The translations under genes and the position numbers were made by a program. A stretch of 64,000 nucleotides of DNA from Bacilli bacterium. Lineage in GTDB: Bacteria > Bacillota_I > Bacilli_A > RFN20 > CAG-826. The stretch covers positions 81,201 through 145,200 of the forward strand of contig JAZLMH010000023.1 of assembly GCA_045598525.1 (NCBI GenBank), in the 5' to 3' direction. Below, piece by piece: positions 27,074 through 36,440 of the stretch; position 1 is the stretch's first letter, and every line of letters starts with the position of its first letter. Under the pieces are notes generated by a model. The model saw nothing but the letters and a program-made list of their open reading frames with translations, did no database searches and was not told the DNA's origin.

Positions 27074-29551
27074 ATGTCAAAAAAGAGAGATGAGCTTATT
27101 GCCGACATAAATAATGTCGAACTAATTGATAAAGACCCTAATATTGGTCTTTCTTTTGAAGAGGTCGAATTAAGAACCAAACAGGGTTTTTCAAATAAGA
27201 CCCCTAAAAAAGTCACAAAAAGTTATTGGCATATCTTTATTGATAACGTCTTCTCGTTTTTCAATCTCATATATTTTGCTATTGCCGTTTTGATGTTTAT
27301 TGGTCAACTACCGTTTTCCAATTTCCTCTTCGTTATTCCTGTTGTTGGAAACATTGTTATTGGTGTTTTTACTGATATCGCAGCCAGAAAAGCCGTAGAT
27401 AAATTGAAACTCATCACCGACCCACAGGTTAACGTAATGAGAAACGGAGAAACCATAAGAATACCTACTGATCAAATTGTTTTACACGATGTAATTGTTT
27501 ATAACGCAGGTGACCAAATTGCTACAGACGGGATTCTTCTCGATGGCGAACTTTCCATTGATGAATCTCTTGTTACAGGCGAATCAAACAAGATAGAAAA
27601 AAAGCTTGGAGACGGTGTTCTATCTGGCACTTTTGTTGTTTCTGGGAAAGCTCACGTTAGGGCAACAATGGTAGGCATTGCAAATTATGCAGAAGGTATT
27701 CAGGATCAGGCAAAGAAGTTTGTTAGACCAAAGAGCGAAATTAAAAAAGCAACACTAACCATATTCTACGCAACAGGCATCCTCGCTATTGTTATCGGCG
27801 TAATTATGACTTTCATTTGGTTTATCCAAAACAATTGGAAAGTAAACTTCCAAAGCTACCAAGAATTCATTTTGAGTTTATCTGGGTCTCTCGTAGCAAT
27901 GATTCCTGCCGGTTTATACCTCTTAACATCAATGACGCTTACTGTTGGCGTATTAAACCTAGCCAAGAAACACATGAACGTTCAGCAGCTTTACTGTATT
28001 GAAATGTTGGCTCGCGTGGACACTATTTGTTTTGATAAAACCGGAACATTAACAGATGGTAATTTGGCCGTAAACGACTTTCACAACTACAGCACCTTTT
28101 CAGATGATGAGTTAAAAGGGCTTGTAGCGGGGGTTGTTAAGGCTACTGGCGATAACAATCCTACGGCGATAGCAATTACTAATGCCTTTAGCGCGACCAA
28201 AGCGAACGTTACTGATTCCATTCCTTTTGATTCCGAAAAGAAATACAGCGCCGCTTCGTTTGAGAACAAAGGGACGGTGGCAATCGGGGCGTTTGGGTTC
28301 TTAAAAGCAAAAGCCTCTGAAATGATCACTTCAAGAATCGATTACTTAATGACACATGGTTATAGGGTTTTAGCTGTTTATTGGAGCCAAGATAAAATAA
28401 CAGACAAGAAAGCGCCTTCAAGATACGAAGTAATTGGTGTTATTGGAATTTCAGACAACATTAAAGAAGATGCAAAACGCAATATTGAGTGGTTTAAAAG
28501 CAATGGTGTCGATGTCAAAATCATCTCTGGTGACGACCCTGTCACTGTCAGCCAAATCGCAAAGCGCGTTGGTGTAGATGGACACGAGAATTACATATCT
28601 ATGCACGGAATAAAGGATGAGGAAATCCCTGTTTTGGTTAAGAAATATTCCGTTTTCGGGCGTGTTACCCCAGAACAAAAATCCCTTTTGGTTAAAGCAC
28701 TTAAAGCTGAAGGACACAAAGTCGCTATGACAGGAGACGGCGTTAACGATATTTTGGCCCTTAAAACGGCAGATTGCTCAATTGCTATGGCTTCCGGATC
28801 TGGTGCAACAAGAAGCAGCGCACACATTATTTCCGTCGATAACGATTTCTCTAAATTACCTGACGTTGTTGCTGAGGGCAGGCGAGTCATCAACAACCTT
28901 CAAAGAACGGCGTCATTATTCCTTTGTAAGAATTTCTTTGCCGCAGCAGTTAGCTTGATCTTCGTTTTATCCATGTTGTTTGGTGGACCATCCTATCCTT
29001 TCTCAACCGCCAACATGTTGATTTGGGAAACAGTTTCAATCGGTCTTGGTGGGTTCTTCTTGGCTCTTCAACCTGCGTCTCAAAGAATAAAAGGGTCTTT
29101 CTTGGAAAGGGTCTTGCGCAAAGCTTTACCTGGAGGACTTATGGAAGTACTTTGTGTTGTCGAAGTCTATATGATTAGAATTTTGGCGCCTAGCTTTATT
29201 AGTGCTCAAGACGCAATGAATATGAGCGTTATCCTATTTACCGCTACGTCTTTATTGTCGTTGTTCTTAATTTGTAGGCCGTTTGATATTTATAGAACTT
29301 CGGTATTTGTTGGTACTTTATTTGCAACCGCGCTTGTTTTATATGTAGACAACGCTTTATTGCCTTTGTCAGCGGACGGCAGCTCGGCAATATTGCACCT
29401 TTCTCTTTCTTCATTAAGCGCCACTTTATGGGGCATAACTGCAATGATATTTGTTGCCATGGCCGCCATCTATGTTCTTTTGGATTTGATTCTTAAAAGA
29501 GCAAAGGAAGAAAAAATTAAGCTAGGAATGGAGGTAGACGATGATAACTGA
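27074..29551 (+). CDS. P-type (E1-E2) cation-transporting ATPase, specificity unclear
   Basis: ICFDKTGTLT phosphorylation site, TGES, MTGDGVNDILAL hinge. M4 motif is IPAGL rather than PEGL. Start set at ATG 27074 (MSKKRDEL); the track's upstream TTG extension has no support. Confidence 0.9.
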   Translation: MSKKRDELIADINNVELIDKDPNIGLSFEEVELRTKQGFSNKTPKKVTKSYWHIFIDNVFSFFNLIYFAIAVLMFIGQLPFSNFLFVIPVVGNIVIGVFTDIAARKAVDKLKLITDPQVNVMRNGETIRIPTDQIVLHDVIVYNAGDQIATDGILLDGELSIDESLVTGESNKIEKKLGDGVLSGTFVVSGKAHVRATMVGIANYAEGIQDQAKKFVRPKSEIKKATLTIFYATGILAIVIGVIMTFIWFIQNNWKVNFQSYQEFILSLSGSLVAMIPAGLYLLTSMTLTVGVLNLAKKHMNVQQLYCIEMLARVDTICFDKTGTLTDGNLAVNDFHNYSTFSDDELKGLVAGVVKATGDNNPTAIAITNAFSATKANVTDSIPFDSEKKYSAASFENKGTVAIGAFGFLKAKASEMITSRIDYLMTHGYRVLAVYWSQDKITDKKAPSRYEVIGVIGISDNIKEDAKRNIEWFKSNGVDVKIISGDDPVTVSQIAKRVGVDGHENYISMHGIKDEEIPVLVKKYSVFGRVTPEQKSLLVKALKAEGHKVAMTGDGVNDILALKTADCSIAMASGSGATRSSAHIISVDNDFSKLPDVVAEGRRVINNLQRTASLFLCKNFFAAAVSLIFVLSMLFGGPSYPFSTANMLIWETVSIGLGGFFLALQPASQRIKGSFLERVLRKALPGGLMEVLCVVEVYMIRILAPSFISAQDAMNMSVILFTATSLLSLFLICRPFDIYRTSVFVGTLFATALVLYVDNALLPLSADGSSAILHLSLSSLSATLWGITAMIFVAMAAIYVLLDLILKRAKEEKIKLGMEVDDDN

Positions 29552-30098
29552 GGCAAAATTAAAACACGCTTTAAAAGAATTAATGCAAACCAACACGTTA
29601 GATAAGATCAACGTCACGAATCTTTGCGAAAAATGCGGGTGTCACCGCCAAACCTTCTACTACCACTACACCGATATCTACGATTTGTTATCGGCTATTT
29701 TCTTAAATGAAAACGTTGAAGGCGTTAACGAGGCAAAAGACGTCAAATCAGTTCTTCTTGCCGTTCTTGATTATTCAAAGAAAAACTTCTCTTTTATCAG
29801 ATCAAGCTATAACAGCGCAGCGCATGATTTGGTTGATGCTTTCTTTTATAACAAGATAATTTCACGCGTATTCGTACTTCTTAATACCACAAACAACTAC
29901 AACCTCACGGTCGCTAGCTACAGAAACATTTCCCGCAGATATGCAAACATTGTCGGAAACGAATTTAGTTATTGCTTCCGCGATGCAACAATTACCGTCA
30001 ACAAATTCGATCGATACATGAAGCGTTATATCTCTGCTTCGTTAGTTACGGTTTTACCTTCACTTGTTGAGTTATCGAGGGAGGAAAAGAAAAGATGA
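29541..30098 (+). CDS. TetR-family regulator (DhaS-like subgroup)
   Basis: LDKINVTNLCEKCGCHRQTFYYHYTDIYDLL is a TetR HTH variant. Overlaps the ATPase stop by 11 nt; GGAGG SD. Confidence 0.8.
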   Translation: MITEAKLKHALKELMQTNTLDKINVTNLCEKCGCHRQTFYYHYTDIYDLLSAIFLNENVEGVNEAKDVKSVLLAVLDYSKKNFSFIRSSYNSAAHDLVDAFFYNKIISRVFVLLNTTNNYNLTVASYRNISRRYANIVGNEFSYCFRDATITVNKFDRYMKRYISASLVTVLPSLVELSREEKKR

Positions 30099-31270
30099 GA
30101 GACTTTGACTTCATTAATCCAACACGAATAATCTTTGGCAAAAAGTCCGAAGAAAAAGCTGGCGACGTTCTTTTGGGATACGGTTTTAAGAATATACTTC
30201 TCGTTTATGGCCAAGCGTCAATAAAAACAACAGGCCTTTATGATCGTGTTCTAGAAAAATTAGGCGAAGCAGGGATGATAGTTAAGGAATACTGCGGGAT
30301 CACCCCTAATCCTGAATTAAGGTTTGTTAAAGAGTGTCTTAAGGTGGCAAAAGATTTTCAGCCAGATTGTATATTAGCTGTTGGCGGCGGAAGCGTTATT
30401 GATGTTTGCAAATGTGTTGCGGCAGGGTATTACTATGATGGCAACCCTTTTGATTTCAATCTTAAAAAAGTCGAACCAAAGAAAGTCCTTCCTTTGGGGG
30501 TTATCTTAACGATTGCCGCTGCTGGTAGTGAATCTAGCGATTCGTGTGTAATAACAGACCCTGGCACCATGACAAAAACAGGGTTTAACCACCCTTTAAA
30601 TAGACCTTTATTCGCAATCGAAAATCCAGAACTTCAGTACACGTTACCTCAATTTCAAACGGGTGTTGGCGTCGCAGACATGCTGATGCACACGATGGAG
30701 AGATATTTTGGTGAATCGGAAGATGGATTGCTTTGTGATGTCTGGGCTTTGGATTTATTAAAACACGTTGTTGATAATGCAAAAATCGTCTGCAAAAACC
30801 CAATGGATTATGAAGGAAGGGCTGCCTTATTGCTAGATTCGAGCCTTTGCCATAACGGAATTACCATGATAGGGAAGGCTAAGATGCCGTTTGTTGTTCA
30901 CGCGCTTGAACATGCGATTTCAGGATATCGTCCAAGCGTTGCACATGGCGCAGGCATTGCAATATGTTATTTAGGTTGGGCGCAATACGTATGTAGAAAA
31001 GCGGCAAGGAAGTTTGCTGACCTTGGGCGAAAGCTTTTTAATATTGATGAGCAAAATGACGAAAAAGCAGCTATAATGGGTGTCGACGCGATGAGAGACT
31101 TCTATAAGAGTCTTGGCATCCCAACTACTTTGAAGGAAGTTGGTATAACTGAAATCGACCTCCCTGAATTGGCTCGTTTAGCTAGTGGAAATGGCACACG
31201 TGTGATTGGCTTTTATCCCCAACCACTAAACGAACAAGACATTAGAGCGATATATGCTTTATGCCTTTAA
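30095..31270 (+). CDS. Iron-containing (group III) alcohol dehydrogenase, BdhA/YqhD-like
   Basis: AVGGGSVIDVCK, metal-ligand histidines (HALEHAISG, HGAGIA). ATGA overlap with the TetR gene. Confidence 0.9.
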   Translation: MRDFDFINPTRIIFGKKSEEKAGDVLLGYGFKNILLVYGQASIKTTGLYDRVLEKLGEAGMIVKEYCGITPNPELRFVKECLKVAKDFQPDCILAVGGGSVIDVCKCVAAGYYYDGNPFDFNLKKVEPKKVLPLGVILTIAAAGSESSDSCVITDPGTMTKTGFNHPLNRPLFAIENPELQYTLPQFQTGVGVADMLMHTMERYFGESEDGLLCDVWALDLLKHVVDNAKIVCKNPMDYEGRAALLLDSSLCHNGITMIGKAKMPFVVHALEHAISGYRPSVAHGAGIAICYLGWAQYVCRKAARKFADLGRKLFNIDEQNDEKAAIMGVDAMRDFYKSLGIPTTLKEVGITEIDLPELARLASGNGTRVIGFYPQPLNEQDIRAIYALCL

Positions 31271-31287
31271 TAAAGGAGGATTTTTCT

Positions 31288-32451
31288 ATGAAGAAGAATG
31301 ACATGATGGGATACCTCGTATACGCCTTAATGTTAGGCGGCGCGATTTGGGTCGGCCTTACTTTTATTAGACCAATAATCGGAGACTCAGAAAGCATGAG
31401 CGGTTTACCGATGCCTGGGCTTGTTCTCGTCTTATTATCGGTATTGATTGGCGTTATTGTAACTGCTCTCATATTAGAGTTTGGGCATTTATTAGGCGCA
31501 AAAATTGGTAAATATAAGGTTATATCTTGGACTGTTCTTGGCATCCAATTTAAGCGCGGTAGCGATGATAAAATGAAAGCGGGATTAGGGAGCTTTGATG
31601 GTATTACCGGGGAAACAAAAGTCATCCCTTTAGATATTAAAAAAAGCAACCCAAAACATATGATTTATATGCCTTTAGCCATGTTTTTGGTTGAAGTAAT
31701 TATCTGCGTTGTTCTTATGGTTATCGGGAAGAACGCGACAGGAAACGGCATGATTGGCATATATGTTCTTGGGCTTGTTGTTCTTACTGTTGGATGCTTA
31801 ATCTTCTTATACAATATCTTTCCTGCGCAATTAGATTCAAAAAACGATGGTTCAATGATCTCAGTTTTTAACAGTCAAACAAACATTGAAGCATATAATG
31901 AGATCCTCCTCGCTTCAGATAAGCTGGCTAAAGGTGAAAAAATCGAAGAAACACATATTTATGAAAGCGTCACAGATTTCACTGTAAAACTCAATGATGT
32001 TGCCCTTTATAAAGCCCTTTTAGAAAAGAATTATGAAGAGGCTTTAAAGATTAATGAATTCACCATCAATTGCAAAGACAAAGTCAGCAGTAGAGTTTAT
32101 TTAACTGCTGTTGCTCAAAAAATCGCTCTCCACATCTTCTTGAACCCTATTGAAGAAGCAAAAGAGGAATACATTTCTCTCAAATATGAAGAAAAGAAGT
32201 TTATCGCTAATCTTGAAAACGCTCCAGCTGTTAGGGCCTATCTTCTTGTATGCGGTTTGGTAGAAAATTCAGAAACAGAGATCAAGGTTGCCATGGATAA
32301 GGCTGAAGCCGCCATTAGAGCCTCCGGAGAGGATAAACGCAAGGCTGAAGAGATGCTCATGAAGGAAGGACTCAAGAAAGTAATTCAGTGTCATCCTAAA
32401 TGGGATTTCTCGGAATACACAGGCTTAGTTGAAGAAGCGGCTGCCGAATAA
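31288..32451 (+). CDS. Polytopic membrane protein, M50/DUF3267-like fold with a degenerate zinc motif, plus a C-terminal helical soluble domain
   Basis: LEFGHLLGAK sits where HExxH is expected. NIFPAQLDS resembles the M50 NxxPxxxLDG motif. About 6 TM segments, then about 190 aa of helical repeats. AAAGGAGGA SD before ATG 31288. Confidence 0.6.
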   Translation: MKKNDMMGYLVYALMLGGAIWVGLTFIRPIIGDSESMSGLPMPGLVLVLLSVLIGVIVTALILEFGHLLGAKIGKYKVISWTVLGIQFKRGSDDKMKAGLGSFDGITGETKVIPLDIKKSNPKHMIYMPLAMFLVEVIICVVLMVIGKNATGNGMIGIYVLGLVVLTVGCLIFLYNIFPAQLDSKNDGSMISVFNSQTNIEAYNEILLASDKLAKGEKIEETHIYESVTDFTVKLNDVALYKALLEKNYEEALKINEFTINCKDKVSSRVYLTAVAQKIALHIFLNPIEEAKEEYISLKYEEKKFIANLENAPAVRAYLLVCGLVENSETEIKVAMDKAEAAIRASGEDKRKAEEMLMKEGLKKVIQCHPKWDFSEYTGLVEEAAAE

Positions 32452-32460
32452 CAATAGATG

Positions 32461-32488
32461 AAAACGGACTCGTGTGGAGTCCGTTTTT
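32461..32488. terminator. Bidirectional rho-independent terminator
   Basis: aaaACGGACTC-gtgtg-GAGTCCGTttttt between convergent genes. Confidence 0.8.
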
Positions 32489-33102
32489 TAGTGCTTCCAT
32501 AGCGATCTATAAAGGTCCGAAGCCAGTAATTTTGAGGCTGTCTTAGCAGGAAAGTAAACAGACATTTCCATCACGTCAGGAGCAGATAAATGGTTCTTTT
32601 TTATGTAATTTGCAAGGACAGAATAATTTTCTTTGATTTTGTTTAGAGGGGTCATAGCCACGTAACTGAGAAGTGCGTTTAATGCATAATTGTATTTATC
32701 AACAGGGCAATATGGCTTTCTAAGCGTGAATCTTTTTGAAAAAGCGTAAACACTTTTTTTGCCGCTTGTTGCATGGTTTGTCATTATTTCAATTTTCTCT
32801 TGGGCAGATGGATTTTTACCGTTTAGAACACTTATAAAACCTTCACCTGTATAAAAGCCACAAACCTTGCCCTTTCTTTCGATATACCTCATGTTGATCG
32901 CTTTAGTGAGATCTGGTTCGTTGTCTCCAGGAAGGTAATAGATACCGTAAGAAAAGCGTTTGATACGACCTTCTTTGACGAGCCTAACCAATCCTTCTTT
33001 TATAGCTGCTTTTGTCATGCTTTTTTCACGTATATCATCTATAAAAAATACCTCGTTTTTTTCGAAATTCTTTTTGATGTTGCTTAATAATATATTGCTC
33101 AT
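32488..33102 (-). CDS. AbiEi-antitoxin-like / DUF6088-like winged-helix protein, with no AbiEii partner
   Basis: N-terminal KAAIKEGLVRLVKEGRIKRFSYGIYYLP resembles the AbiEi N-terminal wHTH (GxIxRxxxGxYxxP). Call from memory of the family pattern. Start set to ATG 33102. Confidence 0.45.
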   Translation of the reverse strand: MSNILLSNIKKNFEKNEVFFIDDIREKSMTKAAIKEGLVRLVKEGRIKRFSYGIYYLPGDNEPDLTKAINMRYIERKGKVCGFYTGEGFISVLNGKNPSAQEKIEIMTNHATSGKKSVYAFSKRFTLRKPYCPVDKYNYALNALLSYVAMTPLNKIKENYSVLANYIKKNHLSAPDVMEMSVYFPAKTASKLLASDLYRSLWKH

Positions 33103-33117
33103 AGTCGAATTATAACA
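33103..33117 (-). promoter_or_regulatory. Extended -10 placed for a leaderless transcript
   Basis: Minus strand: TGtTATAAT (33117->33109), tcgact (6 nt), ATG 33102. No SD. Confidence 0.45.
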
Positions 33118-33242
33118 CAACCTACAAAAAAGGTAAAAAGGTAACATAAATTTTTGAAATTATTTGCGTTTTTCTTAATACCATTTCATATTTATGACGA
33201 TAACTTTATTATTAAATTGTTATCTAAGAACGGAGACTAGCA

Positions 33243-33833
33243 ATGGCAAAACTTTTCTATCAGGGGCATGCGTCATTTCGCATAACCACCAACGAAGGCA
33301 AAGAAATTTTCATTGATCCTTTTGCAGGCATTGGATATAAAACCCCTGCCGATCTTGTTTTAATAACTCATGAGCATTATGACCATAACAACGTTAAGCT
33401 GGTTAACTTTAACCCCGGCGGTTTTACAATTAGAGCCAAGGACGCTCTGACGGATGGAACCTATCATACATTTGAAGCTCATGGAGCGTTCATTACTGCG
33501 GTTCCTGCATATAACTCTCATCACGAACGTAATGAGTGCGTTGGTTACGTTGTTGAGGTAGATGGTATAAAAGTCTATCACGCAGGGGATACCGGCTTTA
33601 TTCCAGAAATGGAAGATCTCAAGAAGATGAATATTGATTATGCTCTTTTGCCAATAGATGGCACTTATACGATGTCCCCTGAGGAAGCCACTAAGGCCGC
33701 TATTGCAATTAATCCTAAACATATGATTCCTATGCACATGAGACCCGGCATGCTCTGGGATTACCATCAAGCGATGAAGGTGACGGCTCCTATGGCCATG
33801 TTGATGAAACCTAATGACCATATTGATTTATAG
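33243..33833 (+). CDS. Metallo-beta-lactamase-fold hydrolase (UPF0173-like)
   Basis: ITHEHYDHNN (HxHxDH) and the later YHAGDTG and PMH motifs. Confidence 0.85.
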   Translation: MAKLFYQGHASFRITTNEGKEIFIDPFAGIGYKTPADLVLITHEHYDHNNVKLVNFNPGGFTIRAKDALTDGTYHTFEAHGAFITAVPAYNSHHERNECVGYVVEVDGIKVYHAGDTGFIPEMEDLKKMNIDYALLPIDGTYTMSPEEATKAAIAINPKHMIPMHMRPGMLWDYHQAMKVTAPMAMLMKPNDHIDL

Positions 33834-33843
33834 AGGACTATTA

Positions 33844-34329
33844 ATGGAAGCTCTTAAAATAATTAAACGCATCGCAAGTTATGGGGTCTTCGTTGTTGCA
33901 GCAACGCTATTTTTGCTTAATTCTGTAACGGTATCTTTGGCCCCGTACATTGATATGAGCCAAGCTTATGAAAATTCCTTTATGCCTTTTCTATATATAA
34001 CCCTTTCGCTAGGGACACTTCTTTTGTTTCAGTTGTTAGTTATAGGCAAACCTAAGGAGATTGAAGAAACCGTTTATCCTTGGTTGCTAATAATTCTTTT
34101 TGGGGTAATGCTTTTTGTTTCTACTTTTGTTCTTGGCAGATCCGTGGTTGCTTGTTTAGAAGATCAAACTAAAAATGTTGGATACTCTATCGCCGGCTTG
34201 TCGCCAGTTCTTATGTTGAGTTTAATCGAGATTGCAATCGGAGCATTTATCCTCTTTAAAAATCGAAAAACGCCGGCAAAAACGCAACAAATAGACGAAA
34301 ACGCCGTTAACCTAACTAAAGAAGAATAG
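33844..34329 (+). CDS. Hypothetical 4-TM membrane protein
   Basis: Hydrophobic segments. AGAGGA SD 8 nt before ATG 33844. Tightly follows the MBL gene. Confidence 0.55.
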   Translation: MEALKIIKRIASYGVFVVAATLFLLNSVTVSLAPYIDMSQAYENSFMPFLYITLSLGTLLLFQLLVIGKPKEIEETVYPWLLIILFGVMLFVSTFVLGRSVVACLEDQTKNVGYSIAGLSPVLMLSLIEIAIGAFILFKNRKTPAKTQQIDENAVNLTKEE

Positions 34330-34381
34330 TAAAAAACACATATAATTTTTCGTTACCTTTACATTTTGCCGACATTTTTAC

Positions 34382-34410
34382 TTGCGGAAGCAACTATAGT
34401 TGCGTATGAT
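34382..34410 (+). promoter_or_regulatory. Putative rpmE promoter
   Basis: -35 TTGCGG 34382-34387, 17-nt spacer, -10 TATGAT 34405-34410. Confidence 0.35.
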
Positions 34411-34465
34411 TACAACCGAACTCTCTTTGATAAGAGCAAATTATCAAGGCGAAAGGAGTATTAAA

Positions 34466-34678
34466 ATGAAAACAGAAATCCATCCAAAGTATCACGAATG
34501 CAAAGTTACTTGCATCAGCTGCGGCGCAACCTTCACAACCGGTTCAACACTCGGTACAGAACTTAAGGTCGAAACCTGCTCAAACTGCCACCCATTCTAC
34601 ACCGGCAAACAGAGAAGTGCTGCAATCGACGGACGTATCGTCAAGTTCAACAAGAAACTTGCAAAAGCTAAGAAATAA
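34466..34678 (+). CDS. rpmE: 50S ribosomal protein L31 (Zn-ribbon, type A)
   Basis: MKTEIHPKYHECKVTCISCGATF...CSNCHPFYTGKQR with both CxxC pairs. AAAGGAG SD. Confidence 0.95.
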   Translation: MKTEIHPKYHECKVTCISCGATFTTGSTLGTELKVETCSNCHPFYTGKQRSAAIDGRIVKFNKKLAKAKK

Positions 34679-34700
34679 GCTTGGATCTAATACGCAAACT

Positions 34701-34732
34701 AAGGCCCTTGTTGTTAAGGGCCTTTTGTTTTT
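34701..34732 (+). terminator. Rho-independent terminator after rpmE
   Basis: AAGGCCCTT-loop-AAGGGCCTT followed by TTGTTTTT. Confidence 0.8.
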
Positions 34733-34811
34733 CTCTTCCTGGTAAAAAATAATTTTTTATATGTTAGAATAGTAATGTTCGCATTAAAAATGCGAGGAGG
34801 TTCCATTAGCC

Positions 34812-36419
34812 ATGAGTAAGAAATTTTATATTACGACACCTATTTATTATCCAAGTGCATCACCACACTTAGGTCACGCTTATTGTACGACAATGTGTGA
34901 TATCGTTGCCCGCGGAAAGAAGCTTAGAGGATATGAGACATATTTTTTAACCGGTTTAGATGAACACGGTGAAAAAATCCAAGAAAACGCAGCTGCCAAA
35001 GGCGTCACACCTCAAGCTTTTGTAGATGAGATTGCGACTAGATTTACCAGTTTATGGAACATCATGGGTATATCAAATGACGATTTTATCCGCACGACAG
35101 AACCAAGACACGTTGAAACAGTAAAGAAAATCTTCAGCACATTCGTTGAACACGATGACGTTTACCTTGGAGCGTATAAAGGATGGTACTGCGTTCACGA
35201 AGAATCATATTGGACCGAAACTCAAGTTGGAGAAGAACATGTCTGCCCTGAATGTGGAAGACCAGTTGAAGAAAAATCAGAACCATCGTTCTTCTTTAGA
35301 TGCAGCAAATATGTTGATGATCTTTTAAACCATTACAATTCACACCCGTTATTTATCACGCCAGAAGGCCGTAAAGCTGAAATGGTCAACAACTTTATAA
35401 AACCTGGTTTAAATGATCTTTGCGTCACAAGAACAACATTTGATTGGGGCGTCCCAGTAAAAGAAGCAGAAGGACACGTTATCTACGTTTGGCTTGACGC
35501 TCTCACAAACTACATTTCTGCTCTTGGTTACTTACAAGAAGACGATTTAAAATTTAAGAAGTTCTGGGAAGATCCAGAAAGCGAAATTGTCCATGTTATT
35601 GGCGCTGATATTACAAGATTCCACACCATTTACTGGCCAATGTTCTTAAAAGCACTTAACTTACGTCAGCCAAATAGAGTCTTTGTTCACGGTTTAATGA
35701 TGATGAAAGATGGCAAAATGAGTAAGAGCAAAGGTAACGTTATTCCGGTTCCTCCGCTTGTTGATCGCTTTGGGGTTGACGCGGTTCGTTATTACTTAGC
35801 AAGAGAAATCGTGTTTGGTCAGGATGGACAATTCACACCAGAACAATTTGTTGAAAGGCTTAACGCTGATTTAGCAAACAATCTTGGCAACCTTCTTAAC
35901 CGTAGCGTTTCTATGATTATCAAGTATTTTGGTGGCGTTATTCCTGAATACAAAGGCGAACTCAATGAGCTTGATAAGAACCTCAAGGAGACTGCAGAAA
36001 AGACAATTAAAGCATACGAAGTCCTTTCCGATGATCTTAAGGTCACTGAATCTTATGCAGCAGTTATGGATTTAGTTAGCGCAGCAAACAAATACATCGA
36101 AGAAAGCGCTCCATGGGCATTGGCAAAGGATCCAGAGAAGAAGGCAACACTTGAAAGCTGCATGTCCCATTTAGCTAACGTTATTTATTTAGCTGGCACA
36201 CTTCTTAGCCCAATCCTTGTCACAAAATCAGAAAAGATTTATGACCAGCTTGGTGTTGATACGTCGATGCGTAATTATGAATGCGCAACAAAGTTTGGCT
36301 CGTTAGGTGGACAAACAGTGAACAAAGGCGACCAACTCTTCCCTCGTTTAGACGTTGAAGCCGAAGTACAATTCATAAAAGATTTGATGCTTGCTCCAAA
36401 AGAAAAAGCAGCCGCCTAA
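34812..36419 (+). CDS. metG: Methionyl-tRNA synthetase (short form, no C-terminal tRNA-binding domain)
   Basis: PHLGHAY (HIGH), KMSKSKGN (KMSKS), zinc knuckle CPECGRPV. Confidence 0.96.
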   Translation: MSKKFYITTPIYYPSASPHLGHAYCTTMCDIVARGKKLRGYETYFLTGLDEHGEKIQENAAAKGVTPQAFVDEIATRFTSLWNIMGISNDDFIRTTEPRHVETVKKIFSTFVEHDDVYLGAYKGWYCVHEESYWTETQVGEEHVCPECGRPVEEKSEPSFFFRCSKYVDDLLNHYNSHPLFITPEGRKAEMVNNFIKPGLNDLCVTRTTFDWGVPVKEAEGHVIYVWLDALTNYISALGYLQEDDLKFKKFWEDPESEIVHVIGADITRFHTIYWPMFLKALNLRQPNRVFVHGLMMMKDGKMSKSKGNVIPVPPLVDRFGVDAVRYYLAREIVFGQDGQFTPEQFVERLNADLANNLGNLLNRSVSMIIKYFGGVIPEYKGELNELDKNLKETAEKTIKAYEVLSDDLKVTESYAAVMDLVSAANKYIEESAPWALAKDPEKKATLESCMSHLANVIYLAGTLLSPILVTKSEKIYDQLGVDTSMRNYECATKFGSLGGQTVNKGDQLFPRLDVEAEVQFIKDLMLAPKEKAAA

Positions 36420-36440
36420 TAAGCGGCTTTTCTAATAGAA

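Noticed and set aside
33209-33234. The inverted repeat GATAAC-N14-GTTATC upstream of the MBL gene shares arms with the 41425 palindrome. I considered a shared regulator.
   Set aside because: The arms are only 6 bp, the spacing differs (14 versus 2) and so does the arm order. In AT-rich intergenic DNA this is easily chance.
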